This document shows positions 18,170 through 30,264 of a stretch of 64,000 nt of DNA, piece after piece. The translations under genes and the position numbers were made by a program. How positions within the stretch are numbered: the stretch's first letter is position 1; each line of letters opens with the position of its first letter. The stretch spans positions 41,833-105,832 of the forward strand of contig JAWKKM010000018.1 in NCBI GenBank assembly GCA_041393255.1. Reading direction: 5' to 3'. The DNA is from Bacteroidales bacterium (GTDB taxonomy: Bacteria; Bacteroidota; Bacteroidia; Bacteroidales; JAADJA01). The notes under the pieces were generated by a model. That model saw only the letters and a program-made list of their open reading frames with translations, did not search any database and was not told the origin of the DNA.

Positions 18170-21100
18170 ATGGAATTATTTAAAAAATTTAATCTTATTA
18201 CCGGTTGGATAGTTTTTGCTATTTCATCATTGGTGTACATTTTAACAGTTGAACCCACGGCGAGTTGGTGGGATTGCGGTGAATACATAGCTACTGCATA
18301 CAAATTGCAAGTCGGACACCCTCCGGGAGCACCGCTGTTTCAAATGATTGGGAGGTTCTTCTCCCTCTTTGCTTTTGGCGATGTTTCAAAAGTAGCACTC
18401 ATGGTCAATCTTATGTCGGCATTGAGTAGCAGTTTCACCATTTTGTTCCTGTATTGGACCATCACTCACCTGGCTAAGAAAATTGCGGATCAGGCAGGTG
18501 AAATGACAAATGGAAAAATGTACGCTATACTTGGAAGTGGTGTAGTTGGAGCATTGGCTTATACCTTCTCCGATTCTTTCTGGTTTTCAGCCGTTGAAGG
18601 TGAGGTTTATGCTATGTCTTCCTTATTTACAGCCATTGTTTTCTGGGCCATTTTAAAATGGGAGAATGAAGCCGATGGCAAACATGCTACTCGCTGGATA
18701 TTGCTCATTGCATTCCTCATCGGATTGTCCATTGGTGTGCACTTACTTAACCTGCTTGCTATACCTGCCATCGCCTTTGTATATTATTTCAAAAAATTCA
18801 AACCAACCTTAAAAGGGATCATTTATACTTTCATTATTTCCATTTTATTACTTGGTATTATTATGAACGGTATTATCCCCTGGATAGTTAAGCTTTCCAG
18901 TTTGTTTGAGCTGACTTTTGTAAACTCCTTCGGACTTCCGTTTAACACAGGAACTGCCTTTTATTTTATTGTTTTAATCGGATTGATTGTTTGGGGACTC
19001 CATTACACTATAAAAAAACAAAAGGTACTTGCGAATACCCTTATTCTCATGTTTACCTTTATTCTCATTGGTTACTCTTCATTTTTCATGATCATCATCC
19101 GTTCAAGCTCAAATCCACCCATTGACGAAAACAGCCCGGAAGATGCCATCAGCCTTCTTTCCTACCTGGCACGAGAACAATATGGCGACTGGCCGATACT
19201 TCAGGGTCAGTATTATAATGCTCCTACAGTTGATTTAAAAGATGGAAACCCGGTTTATGTTAAAGATATTAAGAAGGGAAAATATGTTATCACCGATGAC
19301 AAAAAGGGACTATCCCTGTTTACGACCCCAGGTTTACAACATTGTTCCCACGTATGTGGAGCAACCAGAAATCATCCCACATTCAAATGTATAAACAATA
19401 TGGGAAAGTAAAAGGTATTCCGATTGAGGTGGAAAATGATGATGGAACCAGCGATGTTAAGATAAGGCCCACATTTAGTGAAAACCTTAGATTTTTCTTT
19501 ACCTATCAGGTTGGCCATATGTATTTCAGGTATTTCATGTGGAATTTCTCTGGCCGACAAAATGATATTGAAAGCCAGGGAGAATTGGAGAACGGCAACT
19601 GGCTTACGGGTTTCAATTGGTTCGACGAAAATATACTTGGACTTGGGCCACAGAGTGATCTGCCCGATAGTATGCAAAACCCGGCACACAATAAGTTTTA
19701 CATGTTGCCATTCCTTCTTGGGCTCATTGGTTTCTTTTACCACCTTAATACCGACAAAAAGGATACTTTGGTTGTGGCTTTGCTTTTCCTGATGACAGGT
19801 TTAGCGATAGTTGTTTACCTGAACCAATACCCCTATCAACCCCGTGAGCGTGATTATGCCTATGCCGGATCCTTCTATGCTTTTGCAATTTGGATTGGAT
19901 TGGGTGTAATGGCAATTCATAACTCCTTAAGTAAAAAAGTTGATTCCAAAGTAGCGGCTATCATAGTTACTGTAGCCTCATTAATATTAGTTCCCGGCAT
20001 TATGGCCAGCGAAGGCTGGGATGACCACAGCCGTGCCGGGAAATATGCTGCAAGGGATTTTGCAGCCAATTACCTTAATTCGTGCGAACCCAATGCCATT
20101 TTGTTTACCAATGGCGATAACGACACATTCCCCTTATGGTATGCACAGGAAGTGGAAGGGATCAGGACGGATGTAAGGGTAGTAAATTTCATGCTTGCTT
20201 CAGGCCACTGGTATATTCATCAAATGATGAACCAGGCTTATGAATCAGCTCCATTACCTTTTACCCTCAACTACGATCAATATCAAAATGGAGTTAACAA
20301 TGCCGTTGTATTCTACAATACAAATCTTCAGGGCAGTGCTGAATTAAAACAGGTAATTGATTTTATTGCAAGTGAAAACGAACGTACCAAGCTAACGCTT
20401 CAAAGCGGAGAGAAGATAAATTTCTCACCTACCAAAAGTTTTAAAATAACAATAGATTCCGCTGATGTAGTTAACAAAGGTGCAGTTCCGATGCGAATGG
20501 TTGATAAAATTGTTCCTTCCATTGAGTGGGATGTCAGGCAAAACTACATGTATAAAAATGACCTCATGTTATTGGACATCATTGCCACAAACAACTGGGA
20601 GCGCCCGATTTATTTTGCCAACCCAAGCAGTATGAATAAGGTTTTGGCAGTCGAAGAATATTGTCACCTTGAGGGATTTGTTTACAGGTTCATGCCTGTT
20701 AAGGCCGAAAATTTTATTTCAGGTGTTGGTGGCGTTGACGAAGAAGCGTGTTATGATATTTTCATGAACAAATGCAGTTGGGGAAATTTAAGCGATCCAA
20801 AAGTGTATGTTGATCGCGAGAGCAAACGAAATTCGATCATTCCAAAACAAAATTTCATGCGTTCTGCTGAGGCTTTGGTAGCCAAAGGTGAAAATGAAAG
20901 AGCTATTGAATTGCTTGACAGGTGTTTGGAAAACTTCCCCGACAGTAAAATTACCTTCGATATGTATATGATTCCTTTTGCCGAAGTATATTACGATGCA
21001 GGTGCAATTGATCAAGGAAATGCGATCTCGGAACGGGTGTTTGAAATTTACGATCAAAACCTGAATTACTACAACAGGTTAAACGATAAACAATTCAACT

Positions 21101-21234
21101 ATTTCGAGACGGACTATAACCAGGCTCTTGGTGTGATACAGCGTTTATCCATGATCACAAAACTGAACCAGCAAGATGAATTACACACCAAAATTGATAG
21201 CGCATTTCAATTGCATGTTCAGAATATGAAATAG
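18170..21234 (+). CDS. DUF2723 / TMEM260-like GT-C fold membrane glycosyltransferase family protein (one frameshift at ~19301-19308)
   Basis: N-terminal ..WWDCGEYIATAYKLQVGHPPGAPLF.. motif and multiple TM helices. ORFs 18170..19411 and 19342..21234 join as ..ITDDKKGTIPVYDPRFTTLFPRMW.. if the A5/G3 run at 19301-19308 is changed by 1 nt. Confidence 0.75.
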
Positions 21235-21270
21235 GTAATTTGAAATAGAATTGCCTGGTATCGGGATTTA

Positions 21271-22095
21271 TTAATTCTTTTTCTCAACCTTCGCAGACTT
21301 TGTTGCATTAATCAACAAAACAATTCCTGCAATAATAAAGGGGATGCTAAGTATTTGTCCCATATTCAAAGCCATTCCCGCTTCAAAATCGACCTGCGGC
21401 TCTTTGATAAATTCAATCAGGAATCGTGATGTAAAGAGGATGATGAGAAAGATGCCAAAAATAATGCCATTCTTTAGCTTTGTCCATTTTTTAAGGTATA
21501 GGGAATAGATCAAAACAAAAAGCAATAAATAAGAAAAACCTTCATAAATCTGGGTCGGATGTTTTGGCAGGGTTTCGCCCCAGCGCACAAAAATAAAACC
21601 CCATGGCAGCTCGGTTACATTTCCGTAAATCTCAGAGTTCATCAGGTTACCCATGCGGATGAAGAAACCGGCAAGGGCAACAACAATGACAATTCTGTCC
21701 AAAGTCCATAAATATGATTTGTTAGCCTTTTTCGTAAAGAAATACAAAGCAATCAGAATTCCAATAGCAGCCCCATGGCTCGCCAATCCCCCTTCCCAAA
21801 CTTTCAATATCCGGAACGGATTGCTCAGGTAGTACTCCGGTTCGTAAAAAAGGCAATGTCCGAGACGCGCTCCGATTACTGTTCCAAGAACCATGTAAGT
21901 GGTGATAGAGTCGAGTAGCTTGGGGGCGATTTTTTCACGCTTGAACATATCACCAATAATAAAATATCCAAAAACAAACCCGAGCGCAAAGAGCAGCCCA
22001 TACCAACGAATGGCAAAACCACCAATATTGAAAATTTCAGGATCAACATCCCAAACTATGAAGTTTAATATCATTGTGTTTTTATTTGTTGGCAA
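21271..22095 (-). CDS. lgt: Prolipoprotein diacylglyceryl transferase
   Basis: Intact 274-aa ORF with ..IRWYGLLFALGF.., ..GGLASHGAAIG.. and ..HPTQIYE.. motifs. Confidence 0.9.
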   Translation of the reverse strand: MPTNKNTMILNFIVWDVDPEIFNIGGFAIRWYGLLFALGFVFGYFIIGDMFKREKIAPKLLDSITTYMVLGTVIGARLGHCLFYEPEYYLSNPFRILKVWEGGLASHGAAIGILIALYFFTKKANKSYLWTLDRIVIVVALAGFFIRMGNLMNSEIYGNVTELPWGFIFVRWGETLPKHPTQIYEGFSYLLLFVLIYSLYLKKWTKLKNGIIFGIFLIILFTSRFLIEFIKEPQVDFEAGMALNMGQILSIPFIIAGIVLLINATKSAKVEKKN

Positions 22096-22204
22096 ATATA
22101 AAAAATTAAAAGCCCTGAAAAATTTAAAATCAGATTGCTTTTAACATACAAATAGAATTATCTATAGAATTTATAAGCTTCTTGCCTTAAGTGGTTCACA
22201 AAGA

Positions 22205-23326
22205 TCAAATCCTTGATAAAAGACTTTCGATCCCTGCTTTTAACATTTCATGGGAAAATTCCATTTTAAGAGGCTGACAACTTTTCACTTCCTCCATTGC
22301 TTTAGAGATGTTCAGATCATTTTGTTCCATTTTAAAGCACATATTTCTTTGGCGAAAATATTCAGCAAGGTATTCTTGTTCCGTCTGCCCGGGAGTTGGA
22401 ATAAAGATAGCCTTTTTGCCAAAAACAGCCAGGTCCATAATTGTTGAGTAGCCGGGCCGTGAAATGACAATGTCAGAAACCTGCAACAGTTTTTTTAAAG
22501 AAGCTGTATCGAGGTGAGAATAAAACCTGATTCGATCTGACAATTCCATCTCCTCCTCCTGATCGGGCTTACCACCCAAAACAACGCCCCTGTATTTTGT
22601 CTTCTTCAATTGAGCAATCAAGACTTGCTCAAGAATGGTCCGCTGTGGTTCAGGCCCTGAAAGCATAACTGTGAAATCATAGTCATTCCGGTTATCCATG
22701 CTTATTGTCGAATCTGCATGATAAAACCTTGACAGCGGCCCGATAAAGAAAGAATCAGTTTGCAATTCGTATTTGTGCGACAAATCACCGGATAGATTGG
22801 TTTCACCTGCAAAATCAGGTATCCAACAGGTTGAGTATTTTGAAATGTATTTTTTGTTGATGGAATGCAACATGGGCTCTAAAAATTTCAAACCGGCAGG
22901 GGCTTTGATCATAACCTGATGAGTTATGTAAACAGAAGGGACCAGCTTAGAATACAAACCAAAACGGTTATCGGATATCACTGCATCAATATTGTGATCA
23001 GTTATCATCTTATCCAATTGTAAATGCTCTTTTTTTATATCCCTGATAATCCCCGGAGCTGCAAACAGCATTTTCAATACCATGCTTCCCTTTTCAGGAT
23101 AAGAAAAATTATATCCCGGAAACCTCACAAACTGAAGATGCGGGAATTCTTGCTGTAAAAATGAAAACGGACGATTGTCAGTTGCAACGATAACCTTTGC
23201 GCCCTGATTCACCAACGCATGAATAATCGGTACACAGCGGGTCGCATGTCCAATCCCCCAATCCAATGGGCAAAGCAGTATAGTTGGTTCTTTTTTCAAT
23301 TGATGCAAATATCCTGAAACCTGCAA
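22205..23326 (-). CDS. Glycosyltransferase (MurG-like / GT28 C-terminal domain family)
   Basis: Intact 373-aa ORF. N-terminal ..LDWGIGHATRCVPII..L...GA.V..A.. and C-terminal ..SRPGYSTIMD......K..IFIPTPGQTEQEYLA.. Confidence 0.6.
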   Translation of the reverse strand: MQVSGYLHQLKKEPTILLCPLDWGIGHATRCVPIIHALVNQGAKVIVATDNRPFSFLQQEFPHLQFVRFPGYNFSYPEKGSMVLKMLFAAPGIIRDIKKEHLQLDKMITDHNIDAVISDNRFGLYSKLVPSVYITHQVMIKAPAGLKFLEPMLHSINKKYISKYSTCWIPDFAGETNLSGDLSHKYELQTDSFFIGPLSRFYHADSTISMDNRNDYDFTVMLSGPEPQRTILEQVLIAQLKKTKYRGVVLGGKPDQEEEMELSDRIRFYSHLDTASLKKLLQVSDIVISRPGYSTIMDLAVFGKKAIFIPTPGQTEQEYLAEYFRQRNMCFKMEQNDLNISKAMEEVKSCQPLKMEFSHEMLKAGIESLLSRI

Positions 23327-23451
23327 ATCAGGATTAATGATGTTTAAACCCTGACTGCTAAATTAATTTATTTGATGGAATCATTGCTAAAATTAAATTT
23401 TGCTGCGGATGCCAATATTTATTTTATTTTTGAATATCAAAACTGTGAACG

Positions 23452-24543
23452 TTGCTCATTTATCAAATTGGAATAACGCTGATACCCGGAATTGGAGACA
23501 TCAATGGAAAAAACTGATTTCTTATTGCGGTGGCGCAGAAGGAGTTTTTAAAGAATCGAAAAAGAATTTGTTGAAAATACCTTGGTATCGGAAACTCCAC
23601 AGTCCAATCCATTCTTTCCCAAAAAATTTTAGAAAGGGCTGAATCAGAAATTAAATTCATTGAAAAATTTGGGATTACCCGCTTTATTTTTTACCGACAA
23701 ATCGTACCCTCAGCGATTAAAACATTGCGAGGACGGACCGTTAATGATTTATTACAAAGGAAATGCAAATTTGAATGAAGAGCGGATTGTGGGCATCGTG
23801 GGTACACGAAGGGCAACGGAATATGGCAAAGAGATGTGCGATAAAATTGTTGAAGGCCTCTCTGATTTAGGCGTTTTAGTTGCTAGTGGGCTGGCTTATG
23901 GAATTGATACCCATGCACACAAAGCAGCCTTAAGCAACAACCTCCCAACCATTGGGGTTCTGGCACACGGCCTCGACCGGATCTATCCTTACGCCAATAG
24001 ATCGTTGGCTGAAAAAATGTTACAAAACGGAGGATTGCTTACGGATTTTAAAAGTGCAACCAACCCTGACCGGGAAAACTTTCCCAAACGAAACCGGATC
24101 ATAGCCGGAATGTCAGATGCACTTATCGTTATCGAATCAGCAGCAAAAGGAGGAGCCTTTGATTACTGCCAACATTGCAAATTCGTACAACAGGGATGTT
24201 TTTGCAATTCCCGGGAAAATCGGGGATAAATATTCTGAAGGATGCAATTTCCTGATAAAAACCAACAAAGCAGCACTTGCCCAATCGGCAGAAGATATAA
24301 AATACATTATGCGATGGGAATTGATTTCAAATAAAGAATCAAAGCAGAAAAAACTGTTCATTGAACTGTCGGCTGAAGAAGAGATAATAATGACCATCTT
24401 AAAAGAAAATGGTAGAAAGTGGAATTGATTACATCGTTCACAAATCCAATTTATCCAACAGCAAAGTTGCTTCTATTCTTCTCAACCTTGAATTTGAGGG
24501 ATTGGTCAAAAGCCTCCCGGGGAAAATATATAAGATACTTTAA
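23452..24543 (+). pseudogene. dprA: DNA processing protein DprA, reading frame interrupted about five times
   Basis: Pieces in three frames read ..LIYQIGITLIPGIGDINGKKLISYCGGAEGVFKE.., ..PGIGNSTVQSILSQKILERAESEIKFIEK.., ORF 23660..24229 (..IVGTRRATEYGK.., ..SGLAYGIDT.AH..AL..), ORF 24117..24428 (..VFAIPG.I.D..S.GCN.LIK...A.L..) and a C-terminal ..SKVASILLNLEFEGLVKSLPGKIYKIL. One junction is the A6 run at 23508-23513. Confidence 0.75.
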
Positions 24544-24583
24544 TCCCTATTCCTTATTGATCCGCTTGAACTCTTCATTCAAT

Positions 24584-25231
24584 TCAAAAGCCTTTGTAAT
24601 AAAGCAATATTACAATTACAAAGGCACCAATGCTCAAGAAAATTAACAAACGAAAATCCTCCGTAATAAAGCAAAAATTGTATAAGGCATGAAAAAAGGA
24701 TGCCCCGAACAATCCAGTCATGGAATCCACAAATTTATTTTCACGGGATTTAGCTATCCCTACAAAAAAACCAAGAATGACTGCAAAAAACAGATTTGCA
24801 GGAACAACTGATATTGCATACCGGAAATCCACTTCGGTGTAATAGGGCAAAATCATATAAAGTACATTCCCTACAAAAGCAAAACCCATGGAAAGCATTA
24901 CACTGTATACAATACTATCCAGGGGCCCGTTAAAACTATCCCGGGGGAAAATATGATACCTTAAGAGCAAATACTTTCCTAGTTCAGAACCAAATCCCAT
25001 AACAAAAAAGGAATAGAAAATAATTCTTCTTATATTCTTGAAATCATCGAGTCCATATCGTTGGGCTATTATTTGAAATATCAGCACGACAACAATGCTA
25101 AGCATCCCCAAAACAAAAGCTGTTATAAGTCCGGGATAACGTTTTCTGCCCCGTTTCGACCAAACCAACCATACAATAAGAGCGGCAATTAACGGCCCGA
25201 GCAGTAAAGATATTAGGTAATTAATTATCAT
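24584..25231 (-). CDS. PrsW-family-like intramembrane protease / multi-pass membrane protein
   Basis: Intact 215-aa ORF with 6-7 TM segments, a ..GFGSELGKYLL.. (E-x-x-K-like) motif and a ..FFHALYNF.. (HxxxN) motif. Confidence 0.5.
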   Translation of the reverse strand: MIINYLISLLLGPLIAALIVWLVWSKRGRKRYPGLITAFVLGMLSIVVVLIFQIIAQRYGLDDFKNIRRIIFYSFFVMGFGSELGKYLLLRYHIFPRDSFNGPLDSIVYSVMLSMGFAFVGNVLYMILPYYTEVDFRYAISVVPANLFFAVILGFFVGIAKSRENKFVDSMTGLFGASFFHALYNFCFITEDFRLLIFLSIGAFVIVILLYYKGF

Positions 25232-25330
25232 TGTTTTGAATATTTAGTTAAACAAATATACAAATTGATTTACAAATTCAAAATTTTCAGTGAGATTCTT
25301 TCTCAGTGAGCGCGGAAACCTGACTGCAAG

Positions 25331-26467
25331 CTATTCCTTCTGCCCATTCCTTTTGCTGTAAATTTCGGTTTGCCGCTGAATGGATTCAATGTGAACTATT
25401 TCCAGCAGACGCTGGAGAAATTCTTTGTTCAATCCGCTGTCAACGCCTGATTTCAAACGATCCTCAACAATGTTGCGCCACCTTTTTAATTGAAGAATCG
25501 TTATGTTGTTTGCACTTTTATAATTGCCAATTTCATCAACCAGCTCCATTCTGCGCGACAAAATATTTATTAACTCGGCATCAATCTTGTCAATTTCCGT
25601 CCTGAGCTCCTCCAGTTTGCTTTCAAAATCAATATTTCCTTCCCTCCGGCGAATGATCAGGGAACGGATCATTTCACTTAAGAAAGCAGGTGTAACCTGC
25701 TGATTCCGGTCAGTCAATGCTTCTTCCGGATGGATGTGCGATTCGATCATCAATCCGTTCATTTCAAGGTCAAGCGCTTTTTGAGAAACATCCTTGAGCA
25801 TGGTTCTGTTGCCACAAATATGGCTTGGGTCGCAAATTACAGGCAGGTTCGGAATCAGGCGCTTCAGTTCAATAGGGATCTCCCACATGGGAGCATTTCT
25901 ATACAAGGACTTTTCGAAAAAATAAAATCCCCGATGGATGGCAGCCAGGCGGCGGATACCGGAATGATAAATCCGCTCAATTGCACCAATCCATAAGTTC
26001 AGGTCGGGATTAACCGGATTCTTAACCATAACCGGAATATCAACTCCTTCAAGGGTTGTTGCCAGTTCTTGTAACGAAAACGGGTTTACTACAGTCCTTG
26101 CTCCAATCCATAACACATCAACCCCATGTTTTAATGCCAATTCTATGTGGCCGGGGTTTGCAATTTCAACAGCCGTTAGTAATCCGGTCAAAGGCTTTAC
26201 TTTTTTGAGCCATACAAGCCCTTCTTCTCCTACCCCTTCGAACAAACCGGGGCGTGTCCTAGGCTTCCAGATTCCGGCCCTGAATATTTTCACATTGGGA
26301 ATTTTGCTCACTTCAAGGGCTGTCGAAATCAATTGCTCCTCCGATTCAGCGCTGCATGGCCCACTGATAATAAATGGGGCTGTTTTTATATCCAGCCATT
26401 CCTGCAATGGAACTATGTTGATTAAGCTACTCATATCCGGCTGCGAAATTACTGATTTTAAGTACAA
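25331..26467 (-). CDS. Bifunctional 3-deoxy-7-phosphoheptulonate (DAHP) synthase / chorismate mutase type II
   Basis: Intact 378-aa ORF. The N-terminus (..FIISGPCSAESEEQ.., ..DPSH..G.R) is a type I-beta DAHP/KDO8P-synthase fold. The C-terminus (..LRTEIDKIDAELINILSRRMELVDEIGNYK..) is an AroQ chorismate mutase. Confidence 0.85.
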   Translation of the reverse strand: MYLKSVISQPDMSSLINIVPLQEWLDIKTAPFIISGPCSAESEEQLISTALEVSKIPNVKIFRAGIWKPRTRPGLFEGVGEEGLVWLKKVKPLTGLLTAVEIANPGHIELALKHGVDVLWIGARTVVNPFSLQELATTLEGVDIPVMVKNPVNPDLNLWIGAIERIYHSGIRRLAAIHRGFYFFEKSLYRNAPMWEIPIELKRLIPNLPVICDPSHICGNRTMLKDVSQKALDLEMNGLMIESHIHPEEALTDRNQQVTPAFLSEMIRSLIIRRREGNIDFESKLEELRTEIDKIDAELINILSRRMELVDEIGNYKSANNITILQLKRWRNIVEDRLKSGVDSGLNKEFLQRLLEIVHIESIQRQTEIYSKRNGQKE

Positions 26468-26531
26468 AATAATTGAACAATTTCAAAATCAATATTTAAC
26501 TTATTCTTAATCTCTTAATTAAAAAAGTACC

Positions 26532-26539
26532 TAATTTTG
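26532..26539 (+). promoter_or_regulatory. Bacteroidota -7 promoter box (TAnnTTTG)
   Basis: taattttg, 26 nt upstream of the asnS ATG. Confidence 0.45.
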
Positions 26540-26564
26540 CACACCTTCAAATATCAGGATATTT

Positions 26565-28007
26565 ATGAAACGGATAAAAATTAAAGACATTCTGCATTCC
26601 GCAGAATACGGAAAGGAAATTATTGTTAAAGGCTGGGTTAGAACCAAGCGGGCGAGCAAGAATGTTGCTTTTATTGCACTTAATGATGGCTCAACCATTC
26701 ACAATATTCAGGTCGTTGCCGATTTTAATACCATCAGGGAAGAAACATTACAAACAATTCATACGGGAGCTTCTTTATCCATTTCAGGAACCCTTATTGA
26801 ATCACCGGGTAGTGGACAAAACGTAGAGCTAAATGCAAGAGCAATTGAAGTTCTGGGAACAGCCGATCCGGAGGAGTATCCGCTTCAACCCAAAAAGCAT
26901 TCCCTTGAGTTTCTGCGCGAAAAGGCCCATTTGCGTTTTCGGACCAATACCTTTTCAGCCATTGCAAGGGTAAGACACGCGATGATTTTCGCAGTTCATA
27001 AATTTTTTAACGATAAAGGATTTTTCAATATTCATACACCCATCATTACCGGTTCGGATGCTGAGGGAGCGGGTGAAATGTTCAGGGTATCTGTACTGGA
27101 TGCTAAAAATCCACCTCTCAATGAAGACGGGACTATCAATTACAAAGAAGACTTTTTTGGGAAGGAAACCAATTTAACGGTTTCCGGGCAACTGGAGGCA
27201 GAACTTGCTGCTTTGGCATTATCAGAAGTTTATACCTTCGGTCCAACCTTCAGGGCCGAGAACTCAAATACATCAAGGCACCTTGCCGAATTTTGGATGA
27301 TCGAACCGGAAATGGCATTTTACGACATCAATGATGATATGGACCTGGCTGAGGAAATGTTGAAATACCTGATCAAATATGCCATTGACAATTGTAAGGA
27401 CGACCTGGAATTTTTATCGAGAAGGCAAATTGAAGAAGATAAAAACAAAAAGGAACAAGATCGTTCCCCAATGGAACTCATGGAAAAATTACTTTTTGTC
27501 TTAAACAATGAGTTTGAACGAATCACGTATACGGATGCCATTAACATTTTAAAAGATTCAAATTATAACAAAAAGAAAAAGTTTCAATACCTGATCAATG
27601 AATGGGGTGCCGACCTGCAATCGGAACATGAGCGGTACCTTGTTGAAAAGCATTTCAATAAACCTGTGATTGTAACAGGCTATCCGAAAGAGATAAAGGC
27701 TTTTTATATGAAAGTTAATGAGGATGGTAAAACGGTCAGGGCCATGGATGTCCTTTTTCCACAAATAGGAGAAATAATAGGAGGGTCGCAGAGAGAAGAA
27801 AATTATAACACCCTTTTGAAACGAATGCACGAAATGAACGTACCAGAAAAAGATCTTTGGTGGTATCTCGAAACCAGAAAATTTGGTACGGTCCCACACA
27901 GTGGATTTGGCCTGGGCTTCGAACGAATGATACAGTTTATTACCGGAATGGGGAATATCAGGGATGTTATCCCTTTTCCAAGGACACCACAGAACGCTGA
28001 ATTTTAA
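26565..28007 (+). CDS. asnS: Asparagine--tRNA ligase
   Basis: Intact 480-aa ORF with class II aaRS motifs, ..[21 protein letters not shown].. and ..GGSQREE....[10 protein letters not shown].. Confidence 0.92.
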   Translation: MKRIKIKDILHSAEYGKEIIVKGWVRTKRASKNVAFIALNDGSTIHNIQVVADFNTIREETLQTIHTGASLSISGTLIESPGSGQNVELNARAIEVLGTADPEEYPLQPKKHSLEFLREKAHLRFRTNTFSAIARVRHAMIFAVHKFFNDKGFFNIHTPIITGSDAEGAGEMFRVSVLDAKNPPLNEDGTINYKEDFFGKETNLTVSGQLEAELAALALSEVYTFGPTFRAENSNTSRHLAEFWMIEPEMAFYDINDDMDLAEEMLKYLIKYAIDNCKDDLEFLSRRQIEEDKNKKEQDRSPMELMEKLLFVLNNEFERITYTDAINILKDSNYNKKKKFQYLINEWGADLQSEHERYLVEKHFNKPVIVTGYPKEIKAFYMKVNEDGKTVRAMDVLFPQIGEIIGGSQREENYNTLLKRMHEMNVPEKDLWWYLETRKFGTVPHSGFGLGFERMIQFITGMGNIRDVIPFPRTPQNAEF

Positions 28008-28104
28008 TGTTAATAAAGTAAATGATCATTATTCTTTTTTTTCAATAATATTTCTGATATTTGTTGAATGACAATTAAAAAGGTAGATAATAAATAGAAT
28101 TTGC

Positions 28105-29592
28105 ATGCTACATCAACGATTACAACAAAAACTTCTACAAAAGCTTTCTCCACAGCAAATTCTGCTCATGAAGTTGTTGCAAATTCCTACGATTGCCCTT
28201 GAACAGAGAATAAAACAAGAAATTGAAGAAAACCCTGCCCTTGACGAAACGGATGATCTGGAAGAAGCAGCTGAACTGGAAATGGAATACGATGCTCCAT
28301 TGGATTCGGATGAGAAAGATGCTGATGTCGAAGAAGAGTACGATTCCAAAAGCAATGATGAAGAATTTGACCTTGATGATTACCTTGATGATGACGATAC
28401 ACCCTCCTACAAGTTAAACTCCAACAATTCAAGTTCCGATGATGAGCGATATGAAGTCCCATTTGTTTCTGGTACAAGCTTTCAGGAGTTGCTCCTGTCG
28501 CAATTAGGCTTGCGTAGTTTGAATGAGAAACAGCTCTTGATTGCAGCCTATATTATTGGAAACCTCGATGATTCGGGATACCTTAACAGGGATGTGGGTG
28601 CGATGGTAGACGATCTGGCATTTTCGCAAAACATACAGGCTACCAAAGATGAGATACTTGAAATGCTTTACCTGATCCAGGAATTTGAACCTCCCGGTGT
28701 TGGTGGCCGAAACCTGCAGGAATGCCTTTTGATTCAATTGAGAAAAAAGGAGAACCAGTCCAAAGCCATCGAACTTGCTATGCATATCCTCGATCGTTAT
28801 TTTAACGAGTTCACAAAGAAGCATTACGAAAAGATAATTAAAAAAGCCAGGATATCCGAGGAGGAGTTAAAAGAAGCCATCGAAGAGATTTTAAAATTAA
28901 ACCCCAAGCCCGGAAATTCGTTAAGCGAAACCACTAAAACGAATCACTACATTCTTCCTGATTTCCTCATTTATAATAATAACGGGGATTTGGAATTGCA
29001 ACTCAACTCAAAAAACACACCTGAATTGAGGCTCAACCGCACCTATGTTGACATGCTCGAAACCTATTCGCACAGCAAAAACAAGAGTAAACACAAAGAT
29101 GCGATTACCTTCGTTAAGCAAAAAATAGATTCGGCCAAATGGTTTATTGATGCCATTAAACAGCGACAAAACACATTGGAGATCACCATGCAGGCCATTA
29201 TGGAATACCAGCGGGAATATTTCCTGACCGGTGATGAAACCCGGCTCAGGCCGATGATCCTGAAAGACATTGCCGAAATCGTCAACCTTGATATTTCAAC
29301 CATCTCAAGGGTGGCCAATAGCAAGTATGTTCAAACCCCGTTCGGCACATTTTTGCTTAAAAGTTTCTTTTCCGAATCCATGCAAAATGAAAACGGTGAA
29401 GAAGTTTCAACCCGGGAAATTAAGAAAATATTATCCGATTGCATTGATGTTGAAGACAAGTCGAAACCGGTTACGGATGAACAGCTTACAAAAATCCTAA
29501 AGGAAAAAGGCTACAACATTGCACGCCGGACGGTTGCCAAATACCGTGAGCAATTGAACATTCCGGTCGCACGCTTACGAAAAGAGCTTTAA
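28105..29592 (+). CDS. rpoN: RNA polymerase sigma-54 factor
   Basis: Intact 495-aa ORF. N-terminal Q/L-rich region I (LQQKLLQKLSPQQ), an acidic linker, and the C-terminal RpoN box ..ARRTVAKYRE.L.IP.. Confidence 0.92.
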   Translation: MLHQRLQQKLLQKLSPQQILLMKLLQIPTIALEQRIKQEIEENPALDETDDLEEAAELEMEYDAPLDSDEKDADVEEEYDSKSNDEEFDLDDYLDDDDTPSYKLNSNNSSSDDERYEVPFVSGTSFQELLLSQLGLRSLNEKQLLIAAYIIGNLDDSGYLNRDVGAMVDDLAFSQNIQATKDEILEMLYLIQEFEPPGVGGRNLQECLLIQLRKKENQSKAIELAMHILDRYFNEFTKKHYEKIIKKARISEEELKEAIEEILKLNPKPGNSLSETTKTNHYILPDFLIYNNNGDLELQLNSKNTPELRLNRTYVDMLETYSHSKNKSKHKDAITFVKQKIDSAKWFIDAIKQRQNTLEITMQAIMEYQREYFLTGDETRLRPMILKDIAEIVNLDISTISRVANSKYVQTPFGTFLLKSFFSESMQNENGEEVSTREIKKILSDCIDVEDKSKPVTDEQLTKILKEKGYNIARRTVAKYREQLNIPVARLRKEL

Positions 29593-29652
29593 CCCTAATC
29601 CTGTGGGAAACACTTCTTGTTTATTACCAAATTGTGAATACAGATCATTTAT

Positions 29653-30261
29653 ATGGAATTAAAAATTGCCAAAATCGTTTCAGTTCTATTCCATCCTCTA
29701 TTAATCCCGGCATACACAACCCTGTTGCTTTTCAACCTGAATAGTTACATTGCCTTTCAGATTCCTTATCAAGCCAAATTGTTAATTCTGGGCATGATTG
29801 TGATAACTACTTTCTTTTTCCCGGTTTTATTTATACTCATAATGAAAAGGCGGGGTATGATCAAATCCCTGCAAATGGAAAACCGGGAAGAACGCCTTTA
29901 TCCATTCATCATAACAGCCATCTTTTATTTTCTTACCTATCAGATGATCCGTCAGTTGCAAATACCGGATGTTTATAAATTATTCATATTGGGTTCGGCT
30001 ATTTTAGTCCTGCTTTCGATGGGGATAAACTTTTTTATGAAGATCAGCATACACATGGTAGGCATTGGCGGAATGCTGGGTGCGCTGATTGGGCTTTCGC
30101 TTCACATCAACCTGAACATGGTCTATAGCATTATTCTGATTATTGTCATTTCCGGAATTGTTGGATTTTCAAGGTTAAAACTGGATGCCCATAAACCCTT
30201 ACAGGTTTATTCCGGTTTTTTAATGGGAGTTGCAGTAATGAGCCTGGTATTGTTATTTTAA
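29653..30261 (+). CDS. Multi-pass membrane protein, weak PAP2-like motif
   Basis: Intact 202-aa ORF with ~6 TM helices. ..SRLKLDAHKPLQV..G resembles PAP2 motif 3 (SRxxxxxHxxxD) only loosely. Confidence 0.35.
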   Translation: MELKIAKIVSVLFHPLLIPAYTTLLLFNLNSYIAFQIPYQAKLLILGMIVITTFFFPVLFILIMKRRGMIKSLQMENREERLYPFIITAIFYFLTYQMIRQLQIPDVYKLFILGSAILVLLSMGINFFMKISIHMVGIGGMLGALIGLSLHINLNMVYSIILIIVISGIVGFSRLKLDAHKPLQVYSGFLMGVAVMSLVLLF

Positions 30262-30264
30262 ACC

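Noticed and set aside
19167-23966. Sigma-54 (-24/-12) promoter candidates, given that rpoN is present. TGGCAC occurs at 19167 and 23961.
   Set aside because: Both lie inside coding regions and lack a TTGC element after the 5-nt spacer. I found no convincing TGGCAC-N5-TTGC in intergenic regions.
28113-29324. Several 60-106-aa ORFs overlapping rpoN in other frames or on the other strand. Similar ones occur inside asnS, susC, the CHAT gene and others.
   Set aside because: They are shadow ORFs inside long, motif-supported genes, with low-complexity or Ser/Cys-rich translations.
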